In this document: in pieces, positions 16,923 to 26,660 of the stretch | Layout of the letters: every line of letters begins with the position of its first letter | How positions within the stretch are numbered: the stretch's first letter is position 1 | Assembly (NCBI GenBank): GCA_965549635.1 | Contig: CBEVHI010000002.1 | Location: 1 to 38,412 of the forward strand | DNA: 38,412 bases | Direction of reading: 5' to 3' | Source: an uncultured bacterium | Lineage (GTDB): Bacteria; Actinomycetota; Acidimicrobiia; Spongiisociales; UBA4744 | Position numbers and translations under genes: made by a program | Notes under the pieces: generated by a model | What the model was told of the DNA's origin: nothing | Database searches by the model: none | Seen by the model: only the letters and a program-made list of their open reading frames with translations

Positions 16923-19900
16923 GTGTATGTGAAGTCATTGCGCCTCGTCGGGTTCAAATCGTTCGCAGACCGGACGCGCCTCGAGTTCGAACCAGGGGTG
17001 ACGGTCGTCGTGGGGCCGAATGGCTCCGGCAAGTCGAACCTCGTCGACGCCATCGCCTGGGTCATGGGAACCCAGTCGACGCGATCGCTGCGCACGGCCC
17101 GTATGGAGGACGTGATCTTCGCGGGCACCGCGACCCGCCCGGCTTTTGGGCGTGCCGAGGTCACACTGGTCATCGACAACAGCTCCCGGACGATGCCGCT
17201 CGATCTCGAAGAGATCTCGATCACGAGACGGCTCTACCGCGACGGTTCCAGTGACTACCAGATCAACGGCGTGGACTGCAGACTCCTCGACATCCAGGAA
17301 CTGCTGTCCGACGGAGGAGTCGGCCGGCACCAGCATCTCATCGTCGGTCAGGGCAGAATCGATGATCTTCTGAACGCAAAGGCAGTCGACCATCGGGCCG
17401 TCATCGAAGAAGCTGCCGGGATCCTGAAGCATCGACTCAGAAAGGAACGGTCCCTGCGCAGGCTCGAGCGTACGGACGGCGACGTCGTCCGCCTGGAGGA
17501 CACTCTCCGTGAGCTGAAACGTCGCCTGCGCCCTCTCAAACGGCAGGCCAGATTCGCGGATCGATACGACGACCTCCGCCGCGAGGTTCAGGCGCTGCGG
17601 CTCTTCCTCGGCGGAGAAGCGATCCGAGCCGTTCGAGAGCGGCGGTCCGAACTCGAGGCGATCACCGGCGATTGGTCCACAAAGCTCGATGCAGCCGAGC
17701 GGGAGCGCAGAGAACTCGAAACTCACCTTCCCGAACTGGTAGACCAGGCGGGTGAAGCCGGACGGGCACTCGATGCGGACACATCCGCGGCAGCTCGGCT
17801 CGAGACGACGCAAGAGCGCCTGCGCAGAATCGCTCAGGTGGCGCATGAACGACGTCGGTCTGCGCAGACTCGTCTCGAAGGCGCCGGGGAGCGGCGGAGA
17901 GATCTGGAGTTGGAGGCTGCCGACCTCGGCGCGGAGCTCGCAGGGAGTGCCTCAGAAGAGAGGATGGCCCGCCGGGAAGTGGACCGGGCGGAGCAGGTGT
18001 TCGGTGATCTGGAGGACGAAGCCAGATCACTCTCCGAACAGGACTCGCTTCCGGTCGAGGGGGCGCTTGCTGTCGTGCGTGGCGATCTCCGCAGCCTGGA
18101 GGGCGCCGTCGAACGTGACGAGCGAGAGCTACGTGACGTTGGCCGTCGTCTGGAGCTGCTGGCGGCACGCCTCGGTGAGGAGTCTGCAGAGATCGATGAG
18201 CTTCATGCCGGGATTCGCAGGGCGGACGAAGCGACCACCCCTGCTCAGCGGGCCTACGAGTCGGCCCGTTCCGAACGTGAGCAGCTCCAAGCACAGTGGG
18301 AAGATGCCGAGGAGGAATCCGAGCGAGCTCGTCTGCGCCTGGCTGCGGCAGAGGCACGAAGTGAAGCTCTGAGCGAGGCACTCGCGGGAGACCGAGCTGC
18401 GCACGAGAAGCTTGCCGCACGCCCCGATGTTGCCGGATCCATTACTGCGTTGCTCGCCGTCCCCTCCGAGTGGGCAGCAGCCGTCGATGCCGCGCTCGGA
18501 CCCTGGGCCGGGGGTTTTGCGGCACGATCAAGCGACAGCATCCTGGATGTCGCCGGTGACCTGAAGGAAGACGGGCTCGGGGCACCCGTGGTGACACGAC
18601 GCTCAACCCAGGTGCCGTCCGTCGCAGCGGGAACCGGCACCAAGGCACTTGTCGACCTGCTCGGCAGCGAAGCAGATCCGGTCCTGGCCGGCCAGCTCCT
18701 CGGCGACGTTGTTGTTGCACCGAACTGGGAAGCCGCATGGGAGATCGTCACACAGGAACCCCGGCTGCGTGCGGTCACCATCGAGGGCGACCTCGTTGAC
18801 GTCAACGGGATGAGGATCTCCCAGCCGGACAGAGCCACACCGGCCATGCTCGAGACCGCGCTGACCGCACTGGAACGTGCCGAGATTGTCGCCTCGCGAG
18901 CCGACAGCTTGAGGATATCGACAAAGCGGGCCTTCGAAGAGGCTCGTCAAGTCGAACGCGAGCGGCTGGAGGCTCTCGAAGAGCTCGAGGCGAGAGTCGG
19001 CGGCATGGCCGAGGCCCTCCATCTTCGCGAACAGACCAGAGCTGCGGCAGAAGCCGAGATCGATAGCCTCGAGGACCGTCGTTCCGCCGTCTTGGAGACA
19101 GCTGCTGAGCGGGAGATTCGCATTGAGCGGCTTCGCGCCCGCCTTGCCGACCTGGAGGGGGAAGAGGCCCAGCGGCAGCGTGCCTGGGAGGAGATGGACC
19201 AACGAAGATCCGAGGTCGAGCTCAAACGGCGACAAGCAGATCGAGACCGGCAGGAGGCAGCGGCAGCACTCGGAGCGATCACAGAACGCCGACGCATGCT
19301 CGAGAGCCGGCTGAGGGTCGTTCGAGGCGAACTGCAATCCTCAGGGAAGCGACCTGTCGACCCCTCCTACGTCGTCAAACTGCAGATCATCGAGGACCAA
19401 TCGGCCAAGGCACTCGAAGTCGTGAGAGCGCATCTGTCCACTCTGCGTGATCGTCAGCGTGGGCTGCGTCAGGAGGCCGGCGAGGCCGGGTCCCGCCTCG
19501 CCGCTGCCCGGGCTCGCCTCGAAGAGCTCCACAATGCTGTCGAGATCTCCAAAGAGCAGTTGTCCATCTGTGCGGTTGAGTCTGCCGAACTGCGAGTGAG
19601 GGAGGAAGCCCTGGCAGAACGCCTGCGAAGGGACGCCGACGCTTCCGTGGAGGAGGCACTGGACGCCCCCCGGCCGGCCACCGAGGATGATCTCGAGGAG
19701 CTCCTGGCGAGTTGCGAGGCGGAGCTGCGGCGAATGGGCCCAGTCAACCCACTGGCAGCTCAGGAGTACCGTGAAACACAGGAACGCTTCGACTTCATGT
19801 CCGCCCAGCTCGGCGACCTGGTCTCTTCCCGGACCGAGCTGCGCAAGGTCATCGACGCGCTGGACGAACGGATCGTCGAGGAATTCACCGCCGCATTCCA

Positions 19901-20342
19901 CGAGGTCGCCGGGTACTACGAGGAGTACTTCGGGGTGCTCTTCCCAGGTGGGAGAGGCCGGCTTCGCCTCACCGACCCGGACGATCCGCTCACTTCCGGA
20001 GTGGAGGTCGAGGCGATGCCACTTGGGAAGAAGGTGAGCAGGCTGAGCCTGCTCTCCGGTGGTGAGCGTTCGCTGGCCGCTCTCGCCTTCCTCTTCTCGG
20101 TCTTCCGGGCTAGACCGGGGCCGTTCTACATACTCGACGAGGTCGAAGCCGCGCTCGACGACGCCAATCTGCAGAGATTCCTCCGGTTGGCCGAGCGCTT
20201 CCGGGAGCGAGCCCAACTGTTGATCGTCACACACCAGCAGCAGACAATGCAGGTCGCCGACGTCCTGTACGGTGTGACTCTGGAGCCGGGCGGATCTTCC
20301 CAGGTTCTCTCCCGCCGAGTCCGCGAACGGTCAGGTGTATGA
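16923..20342 (+). CDS. smc: Chromosome partition protein Smc
   Basis: (M)YVKSLRLVGFKSFADRT, Walker A GPNGSGKSN, long coiled coils, hinge region, signature LSGGERSLAALAFLF, Walker B FYILDEVEAALD. GTG 16923 gives the canonical N-terminus; the track start is TTG 16896. Confidence 0.95.
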   Translation: MYVKSLRLVGFKSFADRTRLEFEPGVTVVVGPNGSGKSNLVDAIAWVMGTQSTRSLRTARMEDVIFAGTATRPAFGRAEVTLVIDNSSRTMPLDLEEISITRRLYRDGSSDYQINGVDCRLLDIQELLSDGGVGRHQHLIVGQGRIDDLLNAKAVDHRAVIEEAAGILKHRLRKERSLRRLERTDGDVVRLEDTLRELKRRLRPLKRQARFADRYDDLRREVQALRLFLGGEAIRAVRERRSELEAITGDWSTKLDAAERERRELETHLPELVDQAGEAGRALDADTSAAARLETTQERLRRIAQVAHERRRSAQTRLEGAGERRRDLELEAADLGAELAGSASEERMARREVDRAEQVFGDLEDEARSLSEQDSLPVEGALAVVRGDLRSLEGAVERDERELRDVGRRLELLAARLGEESAEIDELHAGIRRADEATTPAQRAYESARSEREQLQAQWEDAEEESERARLRLAAAEARSEALSEALAGDRAAHEKLAARPDVAGSITALLAVPSEWAAAVDAALGPWAGGFAARSSDSILDVAGDLKEDGLGAPVVTRRSTQVPSVAAGTGTKALVDLLGSEADPVLAGQLLGDVVVAPNWEAAWEIVTQEPRLRAVTIEGDLVDVNGMRISQPDRATPAMLETALTALERAEIVASRADSLRISTKRAFEEARQVERERLEALEELEARVGGMAEALHLREQTRAAAEAEIDSLEDRRSAVLETAAEREIRIERLRARLADLEGEEAQRQRAWEEMDQRRSEVELKRRQADRDRQEAAAALGAITERRRMLESRLRVVRGELQSSGKRPVDPSYVVKLQIIEDQSAKALEVVRAHLSTLRDRQRGLRQEAGEAGSRLAAARARLEELHNAVEISKEQLSICAVESAELRVREEALAERLRRDADASVEEALDAPRPATEDDLEELLASCEAELRRMGPVNPLAAQEYRETQERFDFMSAQLGDLVSSRTELRKVIDALDERIVEEFTAAFHEVAGYYEEYFGVLFPGGRGRLRLTDPDDPLTSGVEVEAMPLGKKVSRLSLLSGGERSLAALAFLFSVFRARPGPFYILDEVEAALDDANLQRFLRLAERFRERAQLLIVTHQQQTMQVADVLYGVTLEPGGSSQVLSRRVRERSGV

Positions 20343-21316
20343 CGTCGACACAACTCATCTTCCTCGGTGTGGCGATCCTGCTGGCGATCGTCGTGCTGTG
20401 GTTGCTCCGTCGGCCCACTCGGGCAGTCGAGCGGGGCCTGGCCGACCGGATGGAGAAGACCAGAGTCGCGCTGGGCGGCAGACTCCACACACTCTTCGGC
20501 AGTGGGAGACTCGATGCCGCGTTCTGGGAGGGCGTCGAGGAAGCACTCATCGCGACAGACGTGGGTGTGGTGGCGACCCAGGAGATCGTGGCTCGCGTTC
20601 GCGACCGGCATCCCGATGGGGCACCGGCCGCCAGGGATGCGCTGCGAGAGGAGTTCATTGCCGAATTCGGCGATCGTGATCGCGGTCTCCGGCTGGTCAC
20701 GGTTCCGGCGGCCGTCGTCGTCGTCGGCGTCAACGGGACCGGCAAGACGACCAGCATCGCCAAACTGGCTGCGTACCTGGCTGCGTCGGGCAAGACGTCC
20801 CTCCTGGGTGCGGCCGACACGTTCCGTGCAGCGGCAGGTACCCAGCTGCGAATCTGGGCAGAGAGACTCGGCGCCGACATCGTCTCTGGTCAAAGTGGAG
20901 CAGACCCGGCATCCGTCGCGTTCGATGCCTATGAAGCAGCCAGGGCCAGAGCCATAGACGTGGTCATTATCGACACCGCCGGGCGGTTGCACTCCAAACG
21001 CAATCTGATGGAGGAGCTGGGCAAGGTCGTACGCGTCGTCGCTCGGGCCGCCGGAGCCGTTGACGAGGTGCTGCTTGTCATCGATGCCACCACCGGCCAG
21101 AACGCGATCTCGCAGGCGCGGACCTTTCGCGAGGCCGTCGGAGTGACAGGAGTCATTCTCACCAAGCTCGACGGCACCGCTCGTGGCGGTGTTGCCGTTG
21201 CCGTCGAGCGGGAGCTGGACCTCCCCGTGAAGTTCATCGGGACCGGAGAGGGACTCCAGGATCTGATCCCATTCGCCCCTTCCGAATTCGTCAAGGCACT
21301 CCTGGAGGACGTATGA
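20339..21316 (+). CDS. ftsY: Signal recognition particle receptor FtsY (N-terminal TM helix + NG domain)
   Basis: GVNGTGKTTSIAKLA, DTAGRLH, TKLDGTARGG. N-terminal LIFLGVAILLAIVVLWLL. ATGA overlap with smc. Confidence 0.95.
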   Translation: MTSTQLIFLGVAILLAIVVLWLLRRPTRAVERGLADRMEKTRVALGGRLHTLFGSGRLDAAFWEGVEEALIATDVGVVATQEIVARVRDRHPDGAPAARDALREEFIAEFGDRDRGLRLVTVPAAVVVVGVNGTGKTTSIAKLAAYLAASGKTSLLGAADTFRAAAGTQLRIWAERLGADIVSGQSGADPASVAFDAYEAARARAIDVVIIDTAGRLHSKRNLMEELGKVVRVVARAAGAVDEVLLVIDATTGQNAISQARTFREAVGVTGVILTKLDGTARGGVAVAVERELDLPVKFIGTGEGLQDLIPFAPSEFVKALLEDV

Positions 21317-21714
21317 ACAATGAAGAGCTTCTTGCGCGGGCGCGAGCGGTCGCAGAGCACGCCTACGCCCCGTACTCGGGGTTTCGGGTTGGAGCGGTCA
21401 TCGTCGCAAGCGATGGGTCCGTCTATCAGGGGGTCAACTGGGAGAACGCCGCCTACCCGTCGGGCACGTGCGCCGAGGCGAGTGCGATCGCTGCAGCCGT
21501 GACTGCGGGCAGGACAGCACTACAGACCGTCGCCGTGGCGTGCATCGACGCCGGGACCGAAGCCGAGACGTTCCCGTGTGGCCAGTGTCGCCAGCGCCTG
21601 TACGAGTTCGGCGTCGAGACGGTCGTAGTCCCGGGCGCGGACGGCATCGCCACGAGCTACTCGCTCGGCGATCTGCTCCCACACGGGTTCCGTCTGGACC
21701 AACAGCGGGGTTGA
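21313..21714 (+). CDS. cdd: Cytidine deaminase (small homotetrameric type)
   Basis: CAEASAI zinc motif plus PCGQCRQ. 133 aa. ATGA overlap with ftsY. Confidence 0.92.
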   Translation: MNNEELLARARAVAEHAYAPYSGFRVGAVIVASDGSVYQGVNWENAAYPSGTCAEASAIAAAVTAGRTALQTVAVACIDAGTEAETFPCGQCRQRLYEFGVETVVVPGADGIATSYSLGDLLPHGFRLDQQRG

Positions 21715-22482
21715 TCAGCCGACCGACTGCCAGGACTGCTCGGCCGAGGGGATTTCGCAGTCACCGGCGAGCGAGGTGAGGTGCAGGGTCGTCTGATCCA
21801 TCGCCCACTCGAAGGTCTCGCTGCAGGTTTCGGTCCGAATGACGAGTCGCGATCCTGCGGTCTCGAACTCGGCTTGGAGGCGGGTTCCGCCGGCCCGGAT
21901 CGACATGCCGCCTCTCGCCAGGAGAAGGCGGTCACCACTCGGCGACAAGAAAATGCCCTCCGGCGGCTCAGCGCGTTGCCACGGCAACGCGCTGAGGAAC
22001 CGGGCTCGAACGAGATCAAATGCGCATGGATCATCGAGAGGCGTCATCTGCAGCGATTCGGAGGTCATGGTCACGAGGTACGTGCCACGGTCGCTCGGAC
22101 AGTTCGGATCGTTGAAGAGGGTCACCATGTCGCCGTCGACCGCGAAGTGCCCGACGCTCACCCATCCGGTGTCCCAGTGATAGATCCGGAACTCCCCGCT
22201 GTCGAGGCCGAGGATCTCCTCGCCGATCGTCAGTCGGTACGGTGGACATCGACGGCACACGCCTTCTGGTCCCAAGAGCTCCGGCGTGATCGTTCTTGCG
22301 TAGACACCGTCGATCGAGGTGGGGATCCGTTCAGGAATGGGCAGTGTGTACGCGTAGGGGTTGTGGCGGATCGGTACCGCAGGGGTCTCGACGACCGGGC
22401 CACAACCGATCGGTAGGGCCAGTACGAGCCCCAAGAGCATCGCGAGCCCGAGCCTGCGTCTCGTCCACACACGTTGAGCCAC
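21715..22482 (-). CDS. Putative lipoprotein, hypothetical
   Basis: Signal peptide RRRLGLAMLLGLVLALPIGC with a lipobox Cys. GTG start lies 7 nt after AGGA. Its stop codon abuts the cdd stop with zero spacer. Confidence 0.65.
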   Translation of the reverse strand: MAQRVWTRRRLGLAMLLGLVLALPIGCGPVVETPAVPIRHNPYAYTLPIPERIPTSIDGVYARTITPELLGPEGVCRRCPPYRLTIGEEILGLDSGEFRIYHWDTGWVSVGHFAVDGDMVTLFNDPNCPSDRGTYLVTMTSESLQMTPLDDPCAFDLVRARFLSALPWQRAEPPEGIFLSPSGDRLLLARGGMSIRAGGTRLQAEFETAGSRLVIRTETCSETFEWAMDQTTLHLTSLAGDCEIPSAEQSWQSVG

Positions 22483-22761
22483 AAGCCGATCCTAGGGGTC
22501 GAGCACCGACGTCGGGACGCGGGAAACGGACTACTCAACGGACTCCCAGTGTCCTGAGTCGTAAGTTCGTGCTGATGTCCCCGAGCTGGTGTCATCTGGC
22601 CAGGACGCAGGATCAGGCACCCCCTCCGGCCCTTCGGGCCACCTCCCCCAACGCTCGGCTCTGGGGCCTCGCTGGGGGAGGAGACGCGCACCTGGAGGGG
22701 CGTCGATGGCCGGTGAGTACATGACTTGTGACTCGGACTCCTGGCCGTTCGGGTGCCTGGA

Positions 22762-23721
22762 TCAGCTCTGGCGTTGCTCGAGCACCTCGATCAGTTTGGG
22801 CAGGACCTTGTGGACATCCCCGACCACTCCCAGGTCCGAGAGGCCGAAGATCGGGGCTTCCTCGTCCTTGTTGATCGCGATGATGAGCTTGGAGTCCTTC
22901 ATGCCGACGACATGTTGCATGGCACCCGAGATACCGCAGGCGATGTAGACGTCCGGCTTGACCGTCTTGCCGGTCTGCCCGACCTGAAGCGAGTATGGGG
23001 CCCATCCGGCGTCGACGACCGCCCGGGTGGCGCCCAACGCCCCTCCGAGAAGCTCGGCCAGACGTCTGGTCTCCTGCAGGTTCTCGGCGGACCCGAGCCC
23101 CCTGCCGGCCGACACGACGATTGCGGCTTCCTCGAGCTGTGGACCTTCGCGCTCCTCGACGTGCACGTCGGTGATCACCGCGCTGCCGGCCTGCCCGACT
23201 TCCGGGAAGGGCACTTCGACGACCGTCGGTTCCGATGGCTCCGCCGGCTCAGCCGGGAAGGACTTCGGTCGCACGATGACCAGGTGGGGTTTGTCGGTCA
23301 GAAACGCCGTTTCGACGATCTCGGTACCACCGAAGATCTCGTTGATGACCTTGACCGTGTCCCCCTCGATGAGTACGTCGATTCCGTTGGAGATGACCGG
23401 GTGTCCGATGCGGGCACTGAGGCGCCCTGCTACGTCTCTGTCGGTCGGAGTGAGACCGAACAGCACCAGGTCCGGCGCCTCTTTGGCCATCAGCTCTGAC
23501 AGGGCAGCGGCAGCCGCAGCGGCGGGGAGATGACCGTCGGGAGTGATGTGGTAGATGGTTTGGGCACCGTGGCTGCCCAGCTCGGTGAAGATCGCCTCAG
23601 AGCCGGTGCCGAGATAGACGGCTGCCCGATCGTCGGCTAGCGAGCGCGACTTGGTCAACAGCTCGAGGCCGATCTGTGCCGCCTCGCCCTGCAATTCTTC
23701 GACAAAGACCCAGACTTTCAT
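22762..23721 (-). CDS. etfA: Electron transfer flavoprotein subunit alpha
   Basis: C-terminal FAD motif VGQTGKTVKPDVYIACGISGAMQHVVGMKDSKLIIAINKD. Confidence 0.93.
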   Translation of the reverse strand: MKVWVFVEELQGEAAQIGLELLTKSRSLADDRAAVYLGTGSEAIFTELGSHGAQTIYHITPDGHLPAAAAAAALSELMAKEAPDLVLFGLTPTDRDVAGRLSARIGHPVISNGIDVLIEGDTVKVINEIFGGTEIVETAFLTDKPHLVIVRPKSFPAEPAEPSEPTVVEVPFPEVGQAGSAVITDVHVEEREGPQLEEAAIVVSAGRGLGSAENLQETRRLAELLGGALGATRAVVDAGWAPYSLQVGQTGKTVKPDVYIACGISGAMQHVVGMKDSKLIIAINKDEEAPIFGLSDLGVVGDVHKVLPKLIEVLEQRQS

Positions 23722-24479
23722 CAGATCACCTTCGCTTGCTCGAGCACCTCGATGATCCGCAGGTGCGCTTCTCCTTCATCTTGGATCACTTCACCTGCTG
23801 CCCGTGCCGCCGCCGGCCGAACCTCGAGGATCTGCTGGGTGGCTGCTGGGCTGACTCCGAGGTCCGCAGCTCCGACCTGGTCGATCGGCTTCTTCTTTGC
23901 GGCCATGATTCCTTTGAAGGTGGGGTATCGAGGTTCGACGACCCCGGCGGTGACCGTGACGAGTACCGGCGTCGGCGCCTCGACGACGTCGTAGCCATAC
24001 CCGGTCTGGCGGTGAATCCGGATGGAGGCTTCTTCCCACTCGAGATGGTTTGCAAAGGTGAGTGCCGGGACTCCCAGGAGTTCGGCCAGTTGCTGGGGGA
24101 GGATCCCCGAGTAGCCGTCGGTCGACTCCGTGCCGGCGATCACGAGGTCAAATCCTTCTCTTTGTATCGCCGCTGCCAGGACCTGCGCGGTCACCCACGA
24201 GTCGGCTCCGCGCAGCGCTTCGTCATCGACGACGATGGCCTTGTCGGCGCCCATTGCCAGGGCCTGACGGATTCCCTGCAGGTTCCCCGCAGGTCCCATC
24301 GACACGAGCGTGACCGAACCCTCGGTCTGTTCTGCGACCTGGAGCCCCATCTCGACTCCGTAGCGGTCGGTGTCGTCGAGGATCTGATCGGTTGGGCGTT
24401 CCAGGAAGTGTGTCTCTGGATCCAGGTGGTATGGCGCCGCCGGATCCGGAATCTGTTTCGCGCAGACCACGACCTTCAT
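23721..24479 (-). CDS. etfB: Electron transfer flavoprotein subunit beta
   Basis: MKVVVCAKQIPD N-terminus and collinear EtfB pattern. The stop overlaps the etfA start by 1 nt. Confidence 0.93.
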   Translation of the reverse strand: MKVVVCAKQIPDPAAPYHLDPETHFLERPTDQILDDTDRYGVEMGLQVAEQTEGSVTLVSMGPAGNLQGIRQALAMGADKAIVVDDEALRGADSWVTAQVLAAAIQREGFDLVIAGTESTDGYSGILPQQLAELLGVPALTFANHLEWEEASIRIHRQTGYGYDVVEAPTPVLVTVTAGVVEPRYPTFKGIMAAKKKPIDQVGAADLGVSPAATQQILEVRPAAARAAGEVIQDEGEAHLRIIEVLEQAKVI

Positions 24480-24540
24480 CGGGATGCACTCCTCTCTTGG
24501 GTGTTCGCGAATGCTAGCAATCGTTCTCGGGGGCCCGTCT

Positions 24541-25356
24541 TCACAGCAGGGGCAGCAGATGATCCAGCAGCGAAGTGAAGCGGGCGCGGGCTTCGGCGGC
24601 CGTCTCCTGCACCTCTTCGTGCGAGAGCGGTGACGGGGAAATCCCGGCCGCGAGGTTGGTCACCAGGGAGATCGCCAGCACCGAGGCGCCCATGTGGCGG
24701 GCTGCAATCGCTTCGGGGACGGTCGACATGCCGACGAGATCGCCGCCGAGGCTGGCAACCATCTGGATCTCGGCCGGTGTCTCGTAGGAAGGTCCCGTCA
24801 GCCAGGCGTACACGCCCTCGCCGACATCGACGCCTGCCTCGCGAGCTGCGTTTCGAGCGACGTCCCGCAGCCGGGCGGAGTAGAGGTCGGTCAGGTCGGG
24901 GAATCGGGGGCCGAGACGGTCGTCGTTGACGCCGATCAGGGGATTGCGGCCGGTCAGGTTGAGGTGGTCGCGTATGAGGATCAGATCTCCCGGGGTGAGG
25001 CCCTCCGATACGCCGCCGGCGGCGTTGGTGAGCACGATGGTCTGGCAACCGGCCGTCACGGCGACGCGCACGCCAAAGACCACATCGTCGAGTGACCAGC
25101 CTTCGTAGAAGTGCGCTCTTCCCGAGAGAATGAGCACCGGGCCGCCCATGTCAACGGAGTAGAGGGTTCCGTGATGTCCCTCGACCGTGGGAAGTGGCCA
25201 TCCGGGGATGTCCCCATACGGCATCGAGACGGCCCCCGGCAGAGTCGAGGCATACTCACCCAACCCCGATCCGAGCACGACGGCGACATCGTGCCGTTCA
25301 CGGCCGGAGTGAACCGCGATCACTCCGGCGGCGGCGGCGACAGCGTCATAGTTCAT
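24541..25356 (-). CDS. punA: Purine nucleoside phosphorylase (trimeric PunA type)
   Basis: VVLGSGLG, VEGHHGTL, GRAHFYEG, TNAAGG, GMSTVPE. Track ORF 24541..25617 trimmed to ATG 25356, which shares 1 nt with the deoA stop. Confidence 0.92.
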   Translation of the reverse strand: MNYDAVAAAAGVIAVHSGRERHDVAVVLGSGLGEYASTLPGAVSMPYGDIPGWPLPTVEGHHGTLYSVDMGGPVLILSGRAHFYEGWSLDDVVFGVRVAVTAGCQTIVLTNAAGGVSEGLTPGDLILIRDHLNLTGRNPLIGVNDDRLGPRFPDLTDLYSARLRDVARNAAREAGVDVGEGVYAWLTGPSYETPAEIQMVASLGGDLVGMSTVPEAIAARHMGASVLAISLVTNLAAGISPSPLSHEEVQETAAEARARFTSLLDHLLPLL

Positions 25357-26660
25357 CAACGGATCTCCTCCAGTACCGACGGGAGAGGCTCCGGCCTCTC
25401 GTCGCCGATCTCCCACGCTTCGGCGAGCAGCGGGGCGGCGATATCGAGGCGCCTCTGGTCGTTCCACGCCAGCGTCGCCAGCGGTTGTCCTTCGCCAACG
25501 AGGTCCCCCTCCTTGGCAAGGATGGTGACACCGACGGCAGGATCGACGACATCCTCCTTGCGCTCCCTTCCAGCACCGAGGCGCATTGCCCCTACGCCGA
25601 TCTTCCGCGCGTCGCATCGCGTGACGATGCCGGCTCTCGGCGCCGGCAGCTGCGAACGGTGGGCCGGCTGCGGCAGGATGCCCGGGTTCTCGACGACATG
25701 GGGATCTCCTCCCTGAGCTTCGATCACCTCCGCGAACTTCGACAGAGCTGCTCCGCTGGCAACCGTGCTCTCCAATGCGGCACGAGCCTGTTCCCGGTCG
25801 GCGGCCGCCCCACCAAGAATCAGCATTTCTTCTCCCAGCCGGAAGGTGATCTCGGTGAGATCCTTCGGTCCGGAACCCCGGAGGATCTCCAGCGACTCTG
25901 CGATCTCCGAGGCGTTCCCCACCTCGTTCCCGAGTGGCTGCTCCATCGGTGTGAGCAGAGCGACGACGGGTACCCCATGGGCTGCCCCGAGTCCGACCAT
26001 GGTGCGAGCCAGCTGTCGAGCCCGATCTCGGTCAGGCATGAACGCACCCCGACCGACCTTCACGTCGAGTACAAGTCCGTCGAGGTCCTCGGCGAGCTTC
26101 TTGGACATGATCGACGATGCGATCAGCGGTATCGACTCGACCGTTCCTGTGGCGTCCCGTAGCGCGTACAGCTTGCGGTCCGCGGGCACCAGAGTCTCCG
26201 ACTGGCCGGCGAGCACCAGCCCGGTCTCGGCGAGAAGCGACTCGAAAGCCCTCGGGTCGAGTTGTGTCGAAAAGCCCGGGATGCTCTCGAGTTTGTCGAG
26301 GGTACCGCCGGTGTGACCGAGACCGCGCCCGCTCATCATCGGGACGCTGATTCCCGCGGCCGCGACCATCGGGGCAAGGGGAATGGACACTTTGTCGCCG
26401 ACTCCGCCCGTCGAGTGCTTGTCGACTTTTCCTCCTTCGATGCCGGCCAGGTCGAGGACATCGCCGGAGTGCAGCATCGCCTCTGTCCAAGCTGCCAGTT
26501 CTTCGTCGGTCAGCCCATTCAAGAATATGGCCATGGTCATCGCTGCCATCTGATAGTCGGTGACCGTGCCGTCGGTGTAGCCGGCGATCAGCCACGCGAT
26601 CTCCCCTGGTGACAAGTCGGCGCCGTCACGTTTACGTTGGATGAGTTCAACTGCGTTCAT
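25356..26660 (-). CDS. deoA: Thymidine / pyrimidine-nucleoside phosphorylase
   Basis: ELIQRKRDG, DKHSTGGVGDK, SGRGLGHTGGTLDKLE. Confidence 0.94.
   Translation of the reverse strand: MNAVELIQRKRDGADLSPGEIAWLIAGYTDGTVTDYQMAAMTMAIFLNGLTDEELAAWTEAMLHSGDVLDLAGIEGGKVDKHSTGGVGDKVSIPLAPMVAAAGISVPMMSGRGLGHTGGTLDKLESIPGFSTQLDPRAFESLLAETGLVLAGQSETLVPADRKLYALRDATGTVESIPLIASSIMSKKLAEDLDGLVLDVKVGRGAFMPDRDRARQLARTMVGLGAAHGVPVVALLTPMEQPLGNEVGNASEIAESLEILRGSGPKDLTEITFRLGEEMLILGGAAADREQARAALESTVASGAALSKFAEVIEAQGGDPHVVENPGILPQPAHRSQLPAPRAGIVTRCDARKIGVGAMRLGAGRERKEDVVDPAVGVTILAKEGDLVGEGQPLATLAWNDQRRLDIAAPLLAEAWEIGDERPEPLPSVLEEIR

Noticed and set aside
22531-22948. Short ORFs inside the etfA-lipoprotein spacer (22531..22722 minus, 22589..22948 plus, 22613..23005 minus)
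   Set aside because: No SD, low-complexity G/P/R-rich products, and partial overlap with etfA in the wrong frame. The region is better treated as non-coding.
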